Positions 53,301 through 64,000 of a DNA stretch of 64,000 bases are shown piece by piece. A program made the translations under genes and the position numbers. Within the stretch, counting starts at the first letter, position 1; every line of letters starts with the position of its first letter. The stretch spans positions 16,216,912 through 16,280,911 of the forward strand of contig NC_092675.1 of the NCBI RefSeq assembly GCF_964355755.1, written 5' to 3'. The DNA comes from Antedon mediterranea. Its lineage: Eukaryota; Animalia; Echinodermata. The notes under the pieces were generated by a model, which worked only from the letters and a program-made list of their open reading frames with translations, searched no databases and was not told the DNA's origin.

Positions 53301-56300
53301 TTACCCGCAATTCCTAATAGTCACTTGGAGCACGCCCTCAAGGAGCACTTAACGATTCTCAGCGAATCTTACTCAATTAATATGCAAGTAAAAAACAAGT
53401 ACATTTGTAAATGTGTGGAAGATGTGAAGAGGGTAGGTGAAAGTTTAAACATTCATTTTGAGTTTGCAATGTGGATGGATTAACTAAAATAAAGCAAAGA
53501 GCATATACTGATCTTAAAAAACCCTAAGTTGGGCACAATTTTTTTTTTTGCACAGCCCCATGAGTTTATGTCTATATGTTTATATTTGAAAAAATATAAA
53601 TATTCTGGACGAATTCAATTAAAACACATTCGTTATTGCGTACCATGCTGAGTTTGGTAGCCTAATAAACAAGTATAAGTTGTTGGCTCTTTATTACCCA
53701 CATGTATCAATATATTATTTAAGGAGCTTATAATCGTGTTAATCAAGTTTCTTCCTTAAGTTTTGGTTACCATTAATTGTCCATTTGATACTTAACTCAA
53801 ATGATTTATGCAACTTACACAATAATGTTATTCATTATTTTGTATTTTTTTAATTTGTTTCATTTCCTATCACAAGTGTATCAAGCTTCCTGGATTTTTG
53901 TGTCATATCAGGAAAATGCAGTTGAAAATGTTGAATGATGCCATGTTTTTTTGTCTATTACTTCCTAATGGTCATTTAAGATCTTTCAACATTATGTGAT
54001 GTAGCACGCGACATCTAACCCACTTTACTTTCAACATTATGTGATTTTGCACGTGACATCTAACTCACTTTACTTTCAGACTATTTTTCACTATTACTCA
54101 TACTTTGCTATTTATTACAATAACAATTTAAATAGAATTAAATTTCAACATTTGTATTTGCTAAAAAAACCCTATTTTTCAAAACCTTTTATTTATATAC
54201 AAGTTTATTGTCTTGCATTTGACAATGATGTAAAATTTGCCGACAATTTTTCCTAGCAGACATAATCAGAATTGTTTGAGTGCTCATATGAACTGATGAC
54301 GCCTTCCTGAATTGCCCTTTTGTGGTTATTTGTATCCATGTCTTCAGTTTCACTACTTGTTTCATTTTAATGGCTGTATATTTCTAAAAATAGATTGTTA
54401 TAGACCGTCTCTTTAATGCTATAATCAGCAATCAACATCAAAAAATTAAATAGTCTAAACAAAAGACAATCTTATTATATTAATTGATAAATAAATGGTT
54501 GGTATTTATTTCAGTTATCTGCAAAGTTAACTTTATCCTATAGATAATCATTATAAGTTTGTATATTACAAACACGATGAAACAACTAGTATGTATCGTA
54601 TAATCATTACATAAACCAAATAATTTTCTTATTGTGTTAATTATCCATTTATTTCATAGATATATGTCATATTCTGACTAAGAAAAACTATATATATTGA
54701 AAATTTTTTTACAGCTTTTATAATTAAATACAAGATAATTAAAACTATATTTGTTTGTTTTTAATTACTAACATCTTTTTGTAATTGAATTATGACAGGG
54801 AACACTAGTTGTACCTGCTATGAGACAGCTACATTTAATTGCAAAAGGAAAGAACAACAAATATGATAAGGTAATTTATTTGGGTATTTTTACATTTATA
54901 AAGAAAATCTTTACACATAAAGTTTTAATAGCAAATTTTTTTTATTGAGTTAGTTTTGAAAGGATGTTTTACTACCAGGTTTTACGGTCTTAAACCCCAT
55001 TCACACTTACAATTTGGGCAATCAATAAGTGTAAACATTCCATAAAGTTAGGCCAGCCCTGGGCCGGATGAATCAGTGTTCTCCCCAGGCTTTTGAAGCG
55101 TCGCACGTCATCAAAGGATTCACCACAGCCCCAACCATGGTGGGGCTGTGACTTGTGTACTTAGTGTCGGACCCCTAACCCGGAATCCAATCCTGGGGAG
55201 AACACTGTGCATACCTGGACACCGCTCCAGGTAGGTCCAGGAGAGGCTTTTATGTTTGGGCCAGCTTATGCATGAAGTGTGACCTATGGCTTGAGAAAAT
55301 TGAGTAAATGAATCCTTAGGGCCATCATTTGAAACACATGTGTAAGCACGCTGGATCAGGCCTAAACTATTAAGTTTAGAACTCAAGTTATAGAGAAAAA
55401 GATGAACTACTGTAGTTTAAACCACTGGTTTACAATTCCATGTTTTTATACAGAGTATACCAACAGATTTGCATAAAAACCATGACATCATCAAACTAAT
55501 TACGCATAGTTTAATGAAGAGTCACAGGACATGTGTAAATACATCAGGTGGTGGTCAGGTGACACCTCACATGTTGGTAGATGGCAGGTACACACATGCT
55601 GAGGTATGAATCGCTATTTTTAGCAATATGTATTTTGACATTAATAATCAAAGTTTTATTCAATAGAGGGCAGTGTTTTAGTTTTTGAAGGAGGATAAAA
55701 TATATGACAATATGACATCTTGTTCTCAGTTTTATGTGATTTTATTCTTTTTTACTGTTTGTGCAACAATGTTTTTAGACAATTTTAATGTGTGTACTTT
55801 CAGCCAAAGTTTCAAGGCATTCATGAGTTTGACAATAAAGTTATTGAATTTGAATTTGAATAAAATGACAATAATTGGGCCATTGATGACTTCAATAGAA
55901 AATAGGGACATTTTTATTTTTTAAGATTTTTTTATTTGAAAAAAAAATTAGACTGCCAATACATGGAGCACAATCATTCATTCATTCATCAGTGAAAAAT
56001 TATTTCCATTTATTGTCATTTGCTTATAAAATATACATAGACATTCTGAGATATTCAAAAACAGAATAATAACAAAAAATAATTACAATTCAAAGTGCCT
56101 GAATGGCAGCTGGATAAAAGCTGTTACGAAACCTATTTGTACGAAAATAGGTTTTTAGATCTTGTATATTTTTTGTATATAAGTGGGCTTCTTCAAGTTA
56201 GCTGTACTGTTGTAAGCTTGGTTCCCACTAGAACGCAACGTATGTAAGTGGAATGCAAGTGATTTGACCAATCACAAGTGATGGATTATTAGAACTTGTC

Positions 56301-59300
56301 ATTGGTAAACTAACTTGCGATATGTCTACATTGGCTGGCGTTGAATCATAGTGGGAACCAAGCTGTACAGATACCCTTATAAACAAAATTATATTAATAA
56401 TTTACAACCTGTCAAATAAAATTATCAATAAATAAATAAATGTAATTTTTAAAAATATTTGCATGTATTATATTGAAAATTCTTTCTGTTATTGTTTTAA
56501 ATTATTGACTAATCACAAGTGATGGATTATTCGAACAATCACTTGTCATTGGTAAACTTACTTGCGATATGTCTATGTTCTTGTGTTGCAACATAGTGGC
56601 AACCAGACTGTAGAGACCCTGATAAATCAATAAAATTAAATGAATATACTAAAAGGGATTATACAACCTGTAATATAAGACTATCAATATATAAATGTAT
56701 TTTTAATCAAATTTGTGTGTATTATATTGAATTTTTTTTTTGTGTTAAACTAGCATGTACGTGTTCATCTTGAGTTTCTAGCATTCATTCTTGAAGTTGG
56801 CGTGCTGTATATCCACTGGCATAGAGCTCGTGAAATCTGGGAATGCCTTGTTGGTAACCAGGATGCAATAGATTATGATAAAGAGGTTAGTATTTTAATA
56901 TTTGTATAATGCAGTTGTTTAACATTCAATTCAATAAAACTTCATTATCCCAAACTACGGGGAAATTCATTTGGTTGTGGTATACAAAGATTCATAAACA
57001 ATTTTAAAAAGCACACAAAAAGGCAAGCACAAGTACAACAATCACTAAAAATCTAAAACAATGTTAAAATACACAGAGAGAAACAAATAGCACATAAATA
57101 AATTTGGTTCATATTGCATAGCATTATCTTCTTATAGTACCATTGTTGGATCTAACTGCAGTAGCAATAAATGATTTATTATAGTGCTCGGTATTTATTT
57201 TTCTCATCAGTAGGCCTACTGCATTATATTACAAGACAAATATGACTAAAAATATATTTCTTTCATAATAACTAACTAACTTATAATATAATATTACTGA
57301 TCATTTATATTTTAGAAGGTATTTTTCACAAATCTAGAGAAGGGATTGTATCTTGTTGTCATGGTAGCACTGTGCTATTGTTACAGTGGGTAGAGGACCT
57401 CAATCCCAATATCCGTAGTTTCTTATCAAACTCAAGATCAGATTAAATTCACTTTTATTAAACTTATTTGATTGGTTTAAATCAATTATATAATCAATTC
57501 CTTTCTATAAATCATCAATTTCTTTATTAGACTTTCTTAGATTGGTTTAAATTAATTATTTCTTTATTAAACTTGTTTTGATTGATTTAAATCATGTATC
57601 AATTTCTTTTTTAGACTGATTTAAATCAATTATAACTTCTTTCTTTAGACTTATTTTGATTAGTTTAAATCAATTATCATTTTCCTTAAATATTACACAT
57701 GCTTTGATTGGTTTAAATCTAATATCAATTTCTTTGTTAGACTTGTTTTGATTGGTTTAAATCTGGATTGAATGACCTTGAAGCAGAAACTCAGCAGCAT
57801 CTTTTCACTCAGAAGTTACTCAAACAAGATCCAGCATCATTGTCCCCAAAAAACTTTGATTGTTTTAAAGCATACTTTGAAACTGTTAATCAAAACAACC
57901 AATCATTGAGGAAAAGTGGTCCTAATTTGGTAAGCACCTAATAAAACATGTTTTGCTTTTTATAAAATTACATCAAAACAAGAATGATTAATAAAGAAAT
58001 CTTGTTTATATCTATTACAGATAATTATTTTGAAATTTTAAAACCCGGAATATTTGTAATGTTACTAATGCTATAATAAGAATGTCATAAATTATATTAT
58101 CTATTGAACTAAAAACATTAATAATATACCACTTTCCCAATATGGGAATACCCTAAAAACACCAGGTTATTTAATAATGCTAGGTAAAAACAAAGGTTTT
58201 TTCTCATAACCAAAGGAATTCTGTTTTTTAGGGGAATTTTTCATTCTTAAAGTATTGTAGAGCTAGCACAAATTAATGTTTTTCTCATAGCAAAAAATAT
58301 TGTATATATTCATTTTTTAATTATTTATTAGGTTGTTGAGAAGCTTGACTTACTGGGTTTAGAATTCATGTGGCAAGTTGCTCTAGAAAATCCAAATGAA
58401 GACATAGCAAATGTTGCCATCCGCCAACTGATGAAGATGTATTACACTAGCTTAGCTTTGAAACTTAAAAAGGTAGGCTAATATAAGACAATTTAAAAAC
58501 TGTTAACAAAAATGGCATAAGACATACACATTAGTTACAAAAAATAACAAAATACAAATAAAGATTTGCCATGCATTAAAATGAAAATGGGAAAATAACT
58601 TGCGACTTGCAGCCTACTGGGCTGAATTGCACACAGGTGTGCACACACCACAAATTTCTTCTCCTGTAAGGGTCCTTTCGTGTTGAATTCTGCCACTGGC
58701 CCTTTCGTCTGTCGACAACGACAGGTCTGCATGGACCAGTACACCCGAGTATCCTCTTCTGAAAGATGTACTGGGTTCTTTAGAATGCACACAAGCCAGA
58801 TGTGTACACTGTACCTCCAACTCTAAGTCCTTACCCGAGAAGACTTGTTCTACCACCAGAACAATGGTTGAGAAGTGTCTTGAACCTGTGCCAATTGTAG
58901 TTATGGTTGGTCTCCAGAAGACGGTTGTAGCATAACAACCGCAACGTCAAGACATCCTCAACCATAATTTAATTACTTTTGGGAAAACATGATGTAGCAC
59001 AAACCTAACTATACAAATAAAGATCATAATAAGATACAGTAGATAATGAAATGAGATCAAACTATTTCAGTATATATAATAGTTTAAAATATTAAAATAT
59101 TATTTCATTTAATTTTGTTTTAGGATACAATTAGCGTTCACAAGAGGTTCATAGCGGAATGTTACAATCGGCTTGAAGATGCAACTGTCACTCTAGGAGG
59201 ATCAGCCATAGCTTTTGCCATTTCCAAAGCCAACAAGGCACTCACGGCAGCCACACTACCTGATGTAGCCTCACTACCAAGTCCATCCAGGTGAGTCTTC

Positions 59301-62300
59301 AATATTTGAATAATCAAAGATTTAAGTACCAGTTCTCAGTGCTATATCTCCACTTACTCCAATGTTTGTCCAGTATAATAAGAATATTTGGTATCATCTC
59401 ATTTGTATCACATGTGGTGCCTGTATCATGTAAGGTTAGGTTAAGGATTAGGTTCTGGTTTGTATACTAGATACATGTGAAACATTTGATGCTGTGTTCC
59501 TAGATATTCCTATAATACTGGAGAAATCTAGGTACAGTACAGATAATTGGGTGATATAAGAGGCATTGTAAGAATTTATACTGCAAGTTCCAGAATAAAA
59601 ACATAGAAATAACATTTTACAACCTGTATATTAATTTAAATTAAACTTTCGTAGGTATGCTCGTTTATTGACAATCGAGAGGCTTTTACAGTTGGCAGAG
59701 ACTTACGTAACAACGGTAGAGGATCAACATACGTGTACGAGGACGATTCTGCCTCATGAGGCATCCTACCAAGGTCATCCAATCACGATGCATGTGTCAT
59801 GTGATATTCCTAAACATGAGTTTACACTAGTTGTAAGTTATTGGACATGAGAGTATCATAGAGTAGTGTGAACAACCTCTTAAAGTTTTTCTAATTTTTA
59901 TTAATTTGAACCACACAAGTGTTAAGGAAATATGTTTCTCTTATTCTTATTGAATTTTTCTTTTGTACCATGATACAAATTAATTGTATGGTTATTTGCA
60001 AATGTTTTCAATATTTCATATTTGTTACTTCTGCTACCTTAAGCCTTGTTTACACTATCAAACTTTATGTGAAATGTGATGTGCCCTTATATGGACATGA
60101 TGATGTCATATCACTACCATATTTAGGAATATCACTACCATATTTAGGCACATCACAATTTTTTTGTCAAACTTCATATTTCTATCTAGGGACATTCAAA
60201 TGAAAGTTTAAGGAATGTTCGGACAAAGATTGCTATACGCTTAAAAACCAACACAGATAATGTACAGATTGCTGCCAATGATGCCATGGTATTTATTTAT
60301 TGTATTTTTATTATTTTGGTTTCTTTGTGTATAGAGTGATTAATGATAATATTACCATCAAATATTGAATGTTTAGTAGAATGAATGTAGAAAATAAGAC
60401 CGTCAACAATGAAATTATCTCATTATTGTGATTGGTCAATTACGCATCACATGTCATTTAGAATTAGCTCCATCTAAGCAAAAAAGTAATATCTAATGAT
60501 GATAATTAACACGCTCGTATGCACATTCAGCTATGTAAACATTTTTTAGAATGTTTGCCATACGACGATGTTGATTGATTGCATTCGGAAATCAGCTTGT
60601 GTGCGGACCCATATGCTTCTTGTTTGATAATCATATATGTTTCTATTGAAGCTTCTTCCAAGTAAAGATCAGAAATTACTTCGCCAGTTATCATTTGAAG
60701 AAGAGCAGTCACTGACAGTTAAGCAGACTATGGTATCTAGTATTCAGTACAATACACGTAATGATGAGGTAAGTGTAAGCTTACAGACTCGGCAAGGAAT
60801 ACTATTATTTGGGGTGACAGAAATTTACAATTGTCCTGTTCAATAGATAAAATATTTGGTGGTTCTTATTCTTTATTGCCATAAACACAACAATAAATAA
60901 TTGGCAGGAAACACAGAAGGGAACTAAATATCTATGGCTAAAAGGCCAATGTTACCCACTTACCGAGTAGCACATTAAGATATATCTAAAAACATCAACA
61001 ATAACAATCTAAAAATCAGTCATAAATACACAAAAACTTGCAGCACAATAACAATGCAAGAAGTTATATAAATACTTTTAATTATATTTGTAGCAAATTA
61101 ATATCAGCTTCCAACCACGAACAGCTTATGCAATGGAGCTGGAAAGATCGTTACCTGGTGTTGTCATGGCAACTGGTGGTCAAGTATTTGAGATGCTCTA
61201 TCAGTTAGCAGATTTAGATGAACCAAGGTAAGAATTCCAAAGTTTCATTTTACAGCCTTATGTACAAAAATTAATTAAAATAATTAGTTTTATGCTATAT
61301 TTTTTGTTTAATGATATGTGACTTTTATTTCAGAATTACGGAAAGAGTGCGCAATCTCCTTCGTCTTATACCCACCGATCCATCAGTCGTAGAAGCTTTA
61401 GATAACATATGTCGCAATGTAAGTATAGTATCTGCTGTTTCTGTAGTAATCTTTAATACTTCCTCAATGGAAAATCCATGCCATAAGTCAAAACAAGTAA
61501 ACTATTGAGAGATGTGACCAAATCATAAAGAGTACTATAATTTGTACAAAATTCATCCAAACAAAAATAGTGAATAAGAGTACACGTAACAAATTAAATG
61601 TACCTGATTTTTCTGGATTTATCATGTTATGTAAAGTCAACATACCATAGTTCCTCGAGTATAGTCCCACCTCTGTTAAAATCCCACCTCGGGTATAATT
61701 CAACTCCGACTTTATGATCACCTTTGCATATAGAAGCATATCCCTGGGCAAAGTCCCAGTTTATAATTTAAAATAAGGTGGGCCTAGCCTATAGGCTTAG
61801 CAAGAAATCGAGTGACATTAATTAACAGATTGTTGTTAACATTCTTTATGTTTATAGAATGAAGATGCTGAAAGCTTGGAAGGATCACCAGTTAAAGCCC
61901 ACCGTCAAGTGCTGCAAGATTTATTCACAACTTCTTCACAGTCATCAATGTCTGCGTTTAGGGTGCTTTATAACTTAGAGGTATTTTTATTTGTTACATT
62001 ATTTTTAGTTTGACTATGTATCTGAAATATACTTTTGTGAAAAGATTGGTTTCAGATCTAGGTCATAGATATAATTGTGCTAAGCGGAGGTGGTTGGATA
62101 GGAACACCCACAAATCTTTCAAGAAACCGAGTACCTGAAAGTAAATGTGTATTTTTTCTGGTCCTCAAGCATAACTGGAAACTGGGGAAATTCAAATTAG
62201 GTCCTCCACGGACCCACCGCATCCAGCAGTGCAGCGCCCACCAGATTATCACACCGTGAGACGATTCCCTACTCGTTTTTCTTTATAGTGTACCAAGTAA

Positions 62301-63921
62301 ACAGAACCAACGCCTTTACATCCCATCAGAAGGACAAGGCAATCAGAGTAAAGCATCTTGCCTAAAGATGCAATCAGTATAGTACAGATAGGCTTTAACC
62401 CATGCCTATCACATGCTTGTCCAATATTATCATTAAACCATTACTCTCCGGTATTTACAGAACCCAACGAGATGGTCTTCCGTCCAGAAACGCAACCAGG
62501 CCCAAAATTACTTAACTTTTTAATGTTGTTCCCAACCAACTTTAACATTTCAACACCCATCTTTGTTAGATTCAAATCCTCATACAAAACTTGTTAAGAC
62601 TTCACAAAATCACAATCACTTTGACTTGATAGGTACTTAATGCTTGTCTGATGCCGGCCAATCATGAAGATAATGGTATCCAATCAACAAGAAGATTCCG
62701 TGAAGCTTTTCTCAATGCTGGTGGATTGAGTTTAATTGTGAACATACTGCAGAAGGATGCTATTCCATCTGATGCTGATGAGGAGACAAGAAGAGGATGC
62801 TATTCTATCTGTATTCAACTTGCAAGGTAAGTATTTCTCCCATTTTGTTTATATTATCTTATTGTTTTGTTTAAATCCAAAGGCAAATTACTGCAAAAAT
62901 GACAATGCTCTGGGTATCAGTGGCTGGATCTCAATGGAAGTACAAAATAAAATAAGCAAAAAGCTAAATCAAAACGATAAAGTAAAACGGCCAGAAAAAT
63001 TAGCAAAGCTTGCAGGCAACACTAGCCCTTCATCATTGTTTTGTTTGATATATTTAGGCAAATTACCAAGGATAAGCAAATTCATTCACTATCTTGGCAA
63101 TCCTGGTCACATGAAATATATATCCTTTCATTTGGATTCCTTTATGGAAAAAAAAAAGTGTTTTTAATATGCTGAGTATAAGTAACAATATTCCTTGTGT
63201 TTGTAAATTGCATAAGATTTACACATATATGTGATATTATTAAGTACAGTTCTTATGTCATGTTTGTTGTTTTTGTATACTATTTGGATATAACTTATAA
63301 AAAGAAATTTTAAGATGTATTGTCCCCCTGAAAAAATAATTTTTAACATTTTTTTGTTGAATTAACGCCATTTTAATGTCTCATAATAGTTATCCACTTT
63401 GAACAAAAATTGAATTGGAAAAAAATGTATTTACTTGAAAAACTGTAATTTAAAGCAAAAAATAGTCATATTGACTGCCAGCCAATGGGTTTTTAGTTGA
63501 ATTTGACGATTTATTTTATCATTTTAAATGAGAAAACTTTATTTTTTCATTTTTTTTTACCAAAGAGATTAACTTTATTAAAACTACAAAATAACCTATT
63601 CAAAGTTTGATTTAATTAATCTTCATTTGTCATGTTTTTGTGGGACAATACATCTTGAATACACTATTATTGTTACAAACTTTTGATTTTAGGTTTGTCT
63701 TATGTGGTCAAACGACGACAGCCTTAATAGAGAATGACCTTTCGATATTATCGTCCAGTCAGCAAGAGGCAACGCTGGATAGCTCTTGTTTCTCCAGCTC
63801 AAATATTAGCTCCTCATCCCCTCGGAAGTCAGGACTTTGGAATCGGATGAACAGTTTTGGAAGTGCTGGGGGTGACTTCACTGGCAAAGACGGTACTGAG
63901 GTTGCAATTTCAGTCATTCAG
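41309..63921 (+). CDS. USP24: Ubiquitin carboxyl-terminal hydrolase 24, 5' portion; gene continues beyond the window
   Basis: N-terminal UBA (TLVNMGFS..VRRALKLSHDDVNEAVAILTNE). Later exons: EFPTTNLYELEGRVFTEQWSIPYKKDESLGKCL (~45043-45224), CVRFVERCMPEAFRKLMTSSAVQRWG, LRMLKSPHFNAKMNSLKE, GNIDQSQYCDRLKGIVEFLG, KVLELLWDLAHLP, TIERLLQLAETYV, KDQKLL, RNLLRLIPTDP, FRVLYNLEVL, FLNAGGLSLIVNILQKD. All match my recollection of USP24. The catalytic domain is not in the window. Confidence 0.93.
41809..44323. mobile_element. Foldback/MULE-like element with ~640-bp TIRs in USP24 intron 1
   Basis: Arms 41809-~42447 and ~43703-44323 are reverse complements (near-identical spurious ORFs 41927+ and 43959-). 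Ends GGGTGTGTCGAAAGCGAAGACC; 10-bp TSD TAGTAGTAGA; nested MITE at 42668-42846. Confidence 0.9.
46612..48080. repeat. 19-bp minisatellite (CTTTCCTCCTCATCACTTT)n in a USP24 intron
   Basis: Directly visible 19-nt periodicity over ~1.47 kb, with a higher-order duplicated block near 46980-47420. Confidence 0.97.
49733..50013. mobile_element. Kolobok-like non-autonomous element (TTAA target); relatives at ~16860-17010, 17910-18110, 63312-63610
   Basis: TTAA|AGATGTATTGTC ... GACAAAATATCT|TTAA, with shared internal GTGAATAACTATTATGTGAC..AAATGGCATATTCAACAAAA. The superfamily assignment is inferred from the TSD and AG terminus. Confidence 0.6.
52168..52326. repeat. Three tandem 49-bp units derived from a MITE family B end
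   Basis: TAAATGTCTGTCTACACTATCAAACTTTATGTGACATGTGACGATCCCT x3. Confidence 0.9.
52965..53116. repeat. Two tandem ~73-bp units
   Basis: ATGGGTTGATTATAGTGTTTGTCC..GAGTGTCCCAGAGG is duplicated. Confidence 0.9.
57450..57765 (+). repeat. Degenerate tandem copies of a USP24 intron/exon acceptor junction
   Basis: Repeated (T)TAGACTTGTTTTGATTGGTTTAAATC-like units precede the true acceptor at 57740/57741 (TCFDWFKSGLNDLE). Confidence 0.75.
58600..58900 (-). mobile_element. SINE-like interspersed repeat; related partial copy ~45570-45690
   Basis: Shared ACTGGGTTCTTTA..CCGAGAAGACTTGTTC(C/T)ACCACCAGAAC between the two loci, followed by reverse B-box-like TTGAACC/TCGAATCC. Confidence 0.55.
62055..62420 (-). 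mobile_element. Degenerate SINE-like repeat
   Basis: GTAAAGCATCTTGCCTAAAG resembles the reverse complement of the conserved SINE core TCCTTGGGCAAGACACTTTAC; GC-richer island within an intron. Confidence 0.4.
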
Positions 63922-64000
63922 GTGATACTAATATATTATAATAATAATTTATTTGAATATACACTTTTGTAAAAGTGGCACACTTTGATATGAAGGTGCG

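Overview
AT-rich, intron-containing animal genomic DNA, probably a marine invertebrate deuterostome such as an echinoderm (inference from gene content and abundant TAGGCCTA motifs); there is no prokaryotic content. Five + strand spliced genes can be reconstructed by hand. (1) ARMH1/C1orf228 (192..~8004) has a U12-type first coding intron and a Helentron-like element carrying a decayed CR1-like LINE in the next intron. (2) A full-length vitellogenin/large lipid transfer protein gene spans 8811..24108. (3,4) A tandem pair of divergent paralogous single-pass receptors (25355..29380 and 30203..38228) each encode a signal peptide, a degenerate C-type-lectin-like domain, a Thr-rich stalk, a TM helix and a long disordered tail packed with tyrosine docking motifs. 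(5) The 5' part of USP24 runs from 41309 to the window end. Introns hold many non-autonomous transposons (hAT, MULE/foldback, PIF/Harbinger MITEs, Kolobok-like, HINE, SINEs) and a 19-bp minisatellite. The best novelty candidates are the lectin-like/phosphotyrosine-scaffold receptor pair and an intronic antisense copy of a vitellogenin 5' splice site. All calls come from reading the sequence and recalling family motifs; no searches were run, and exon coordinates were hand-counted.
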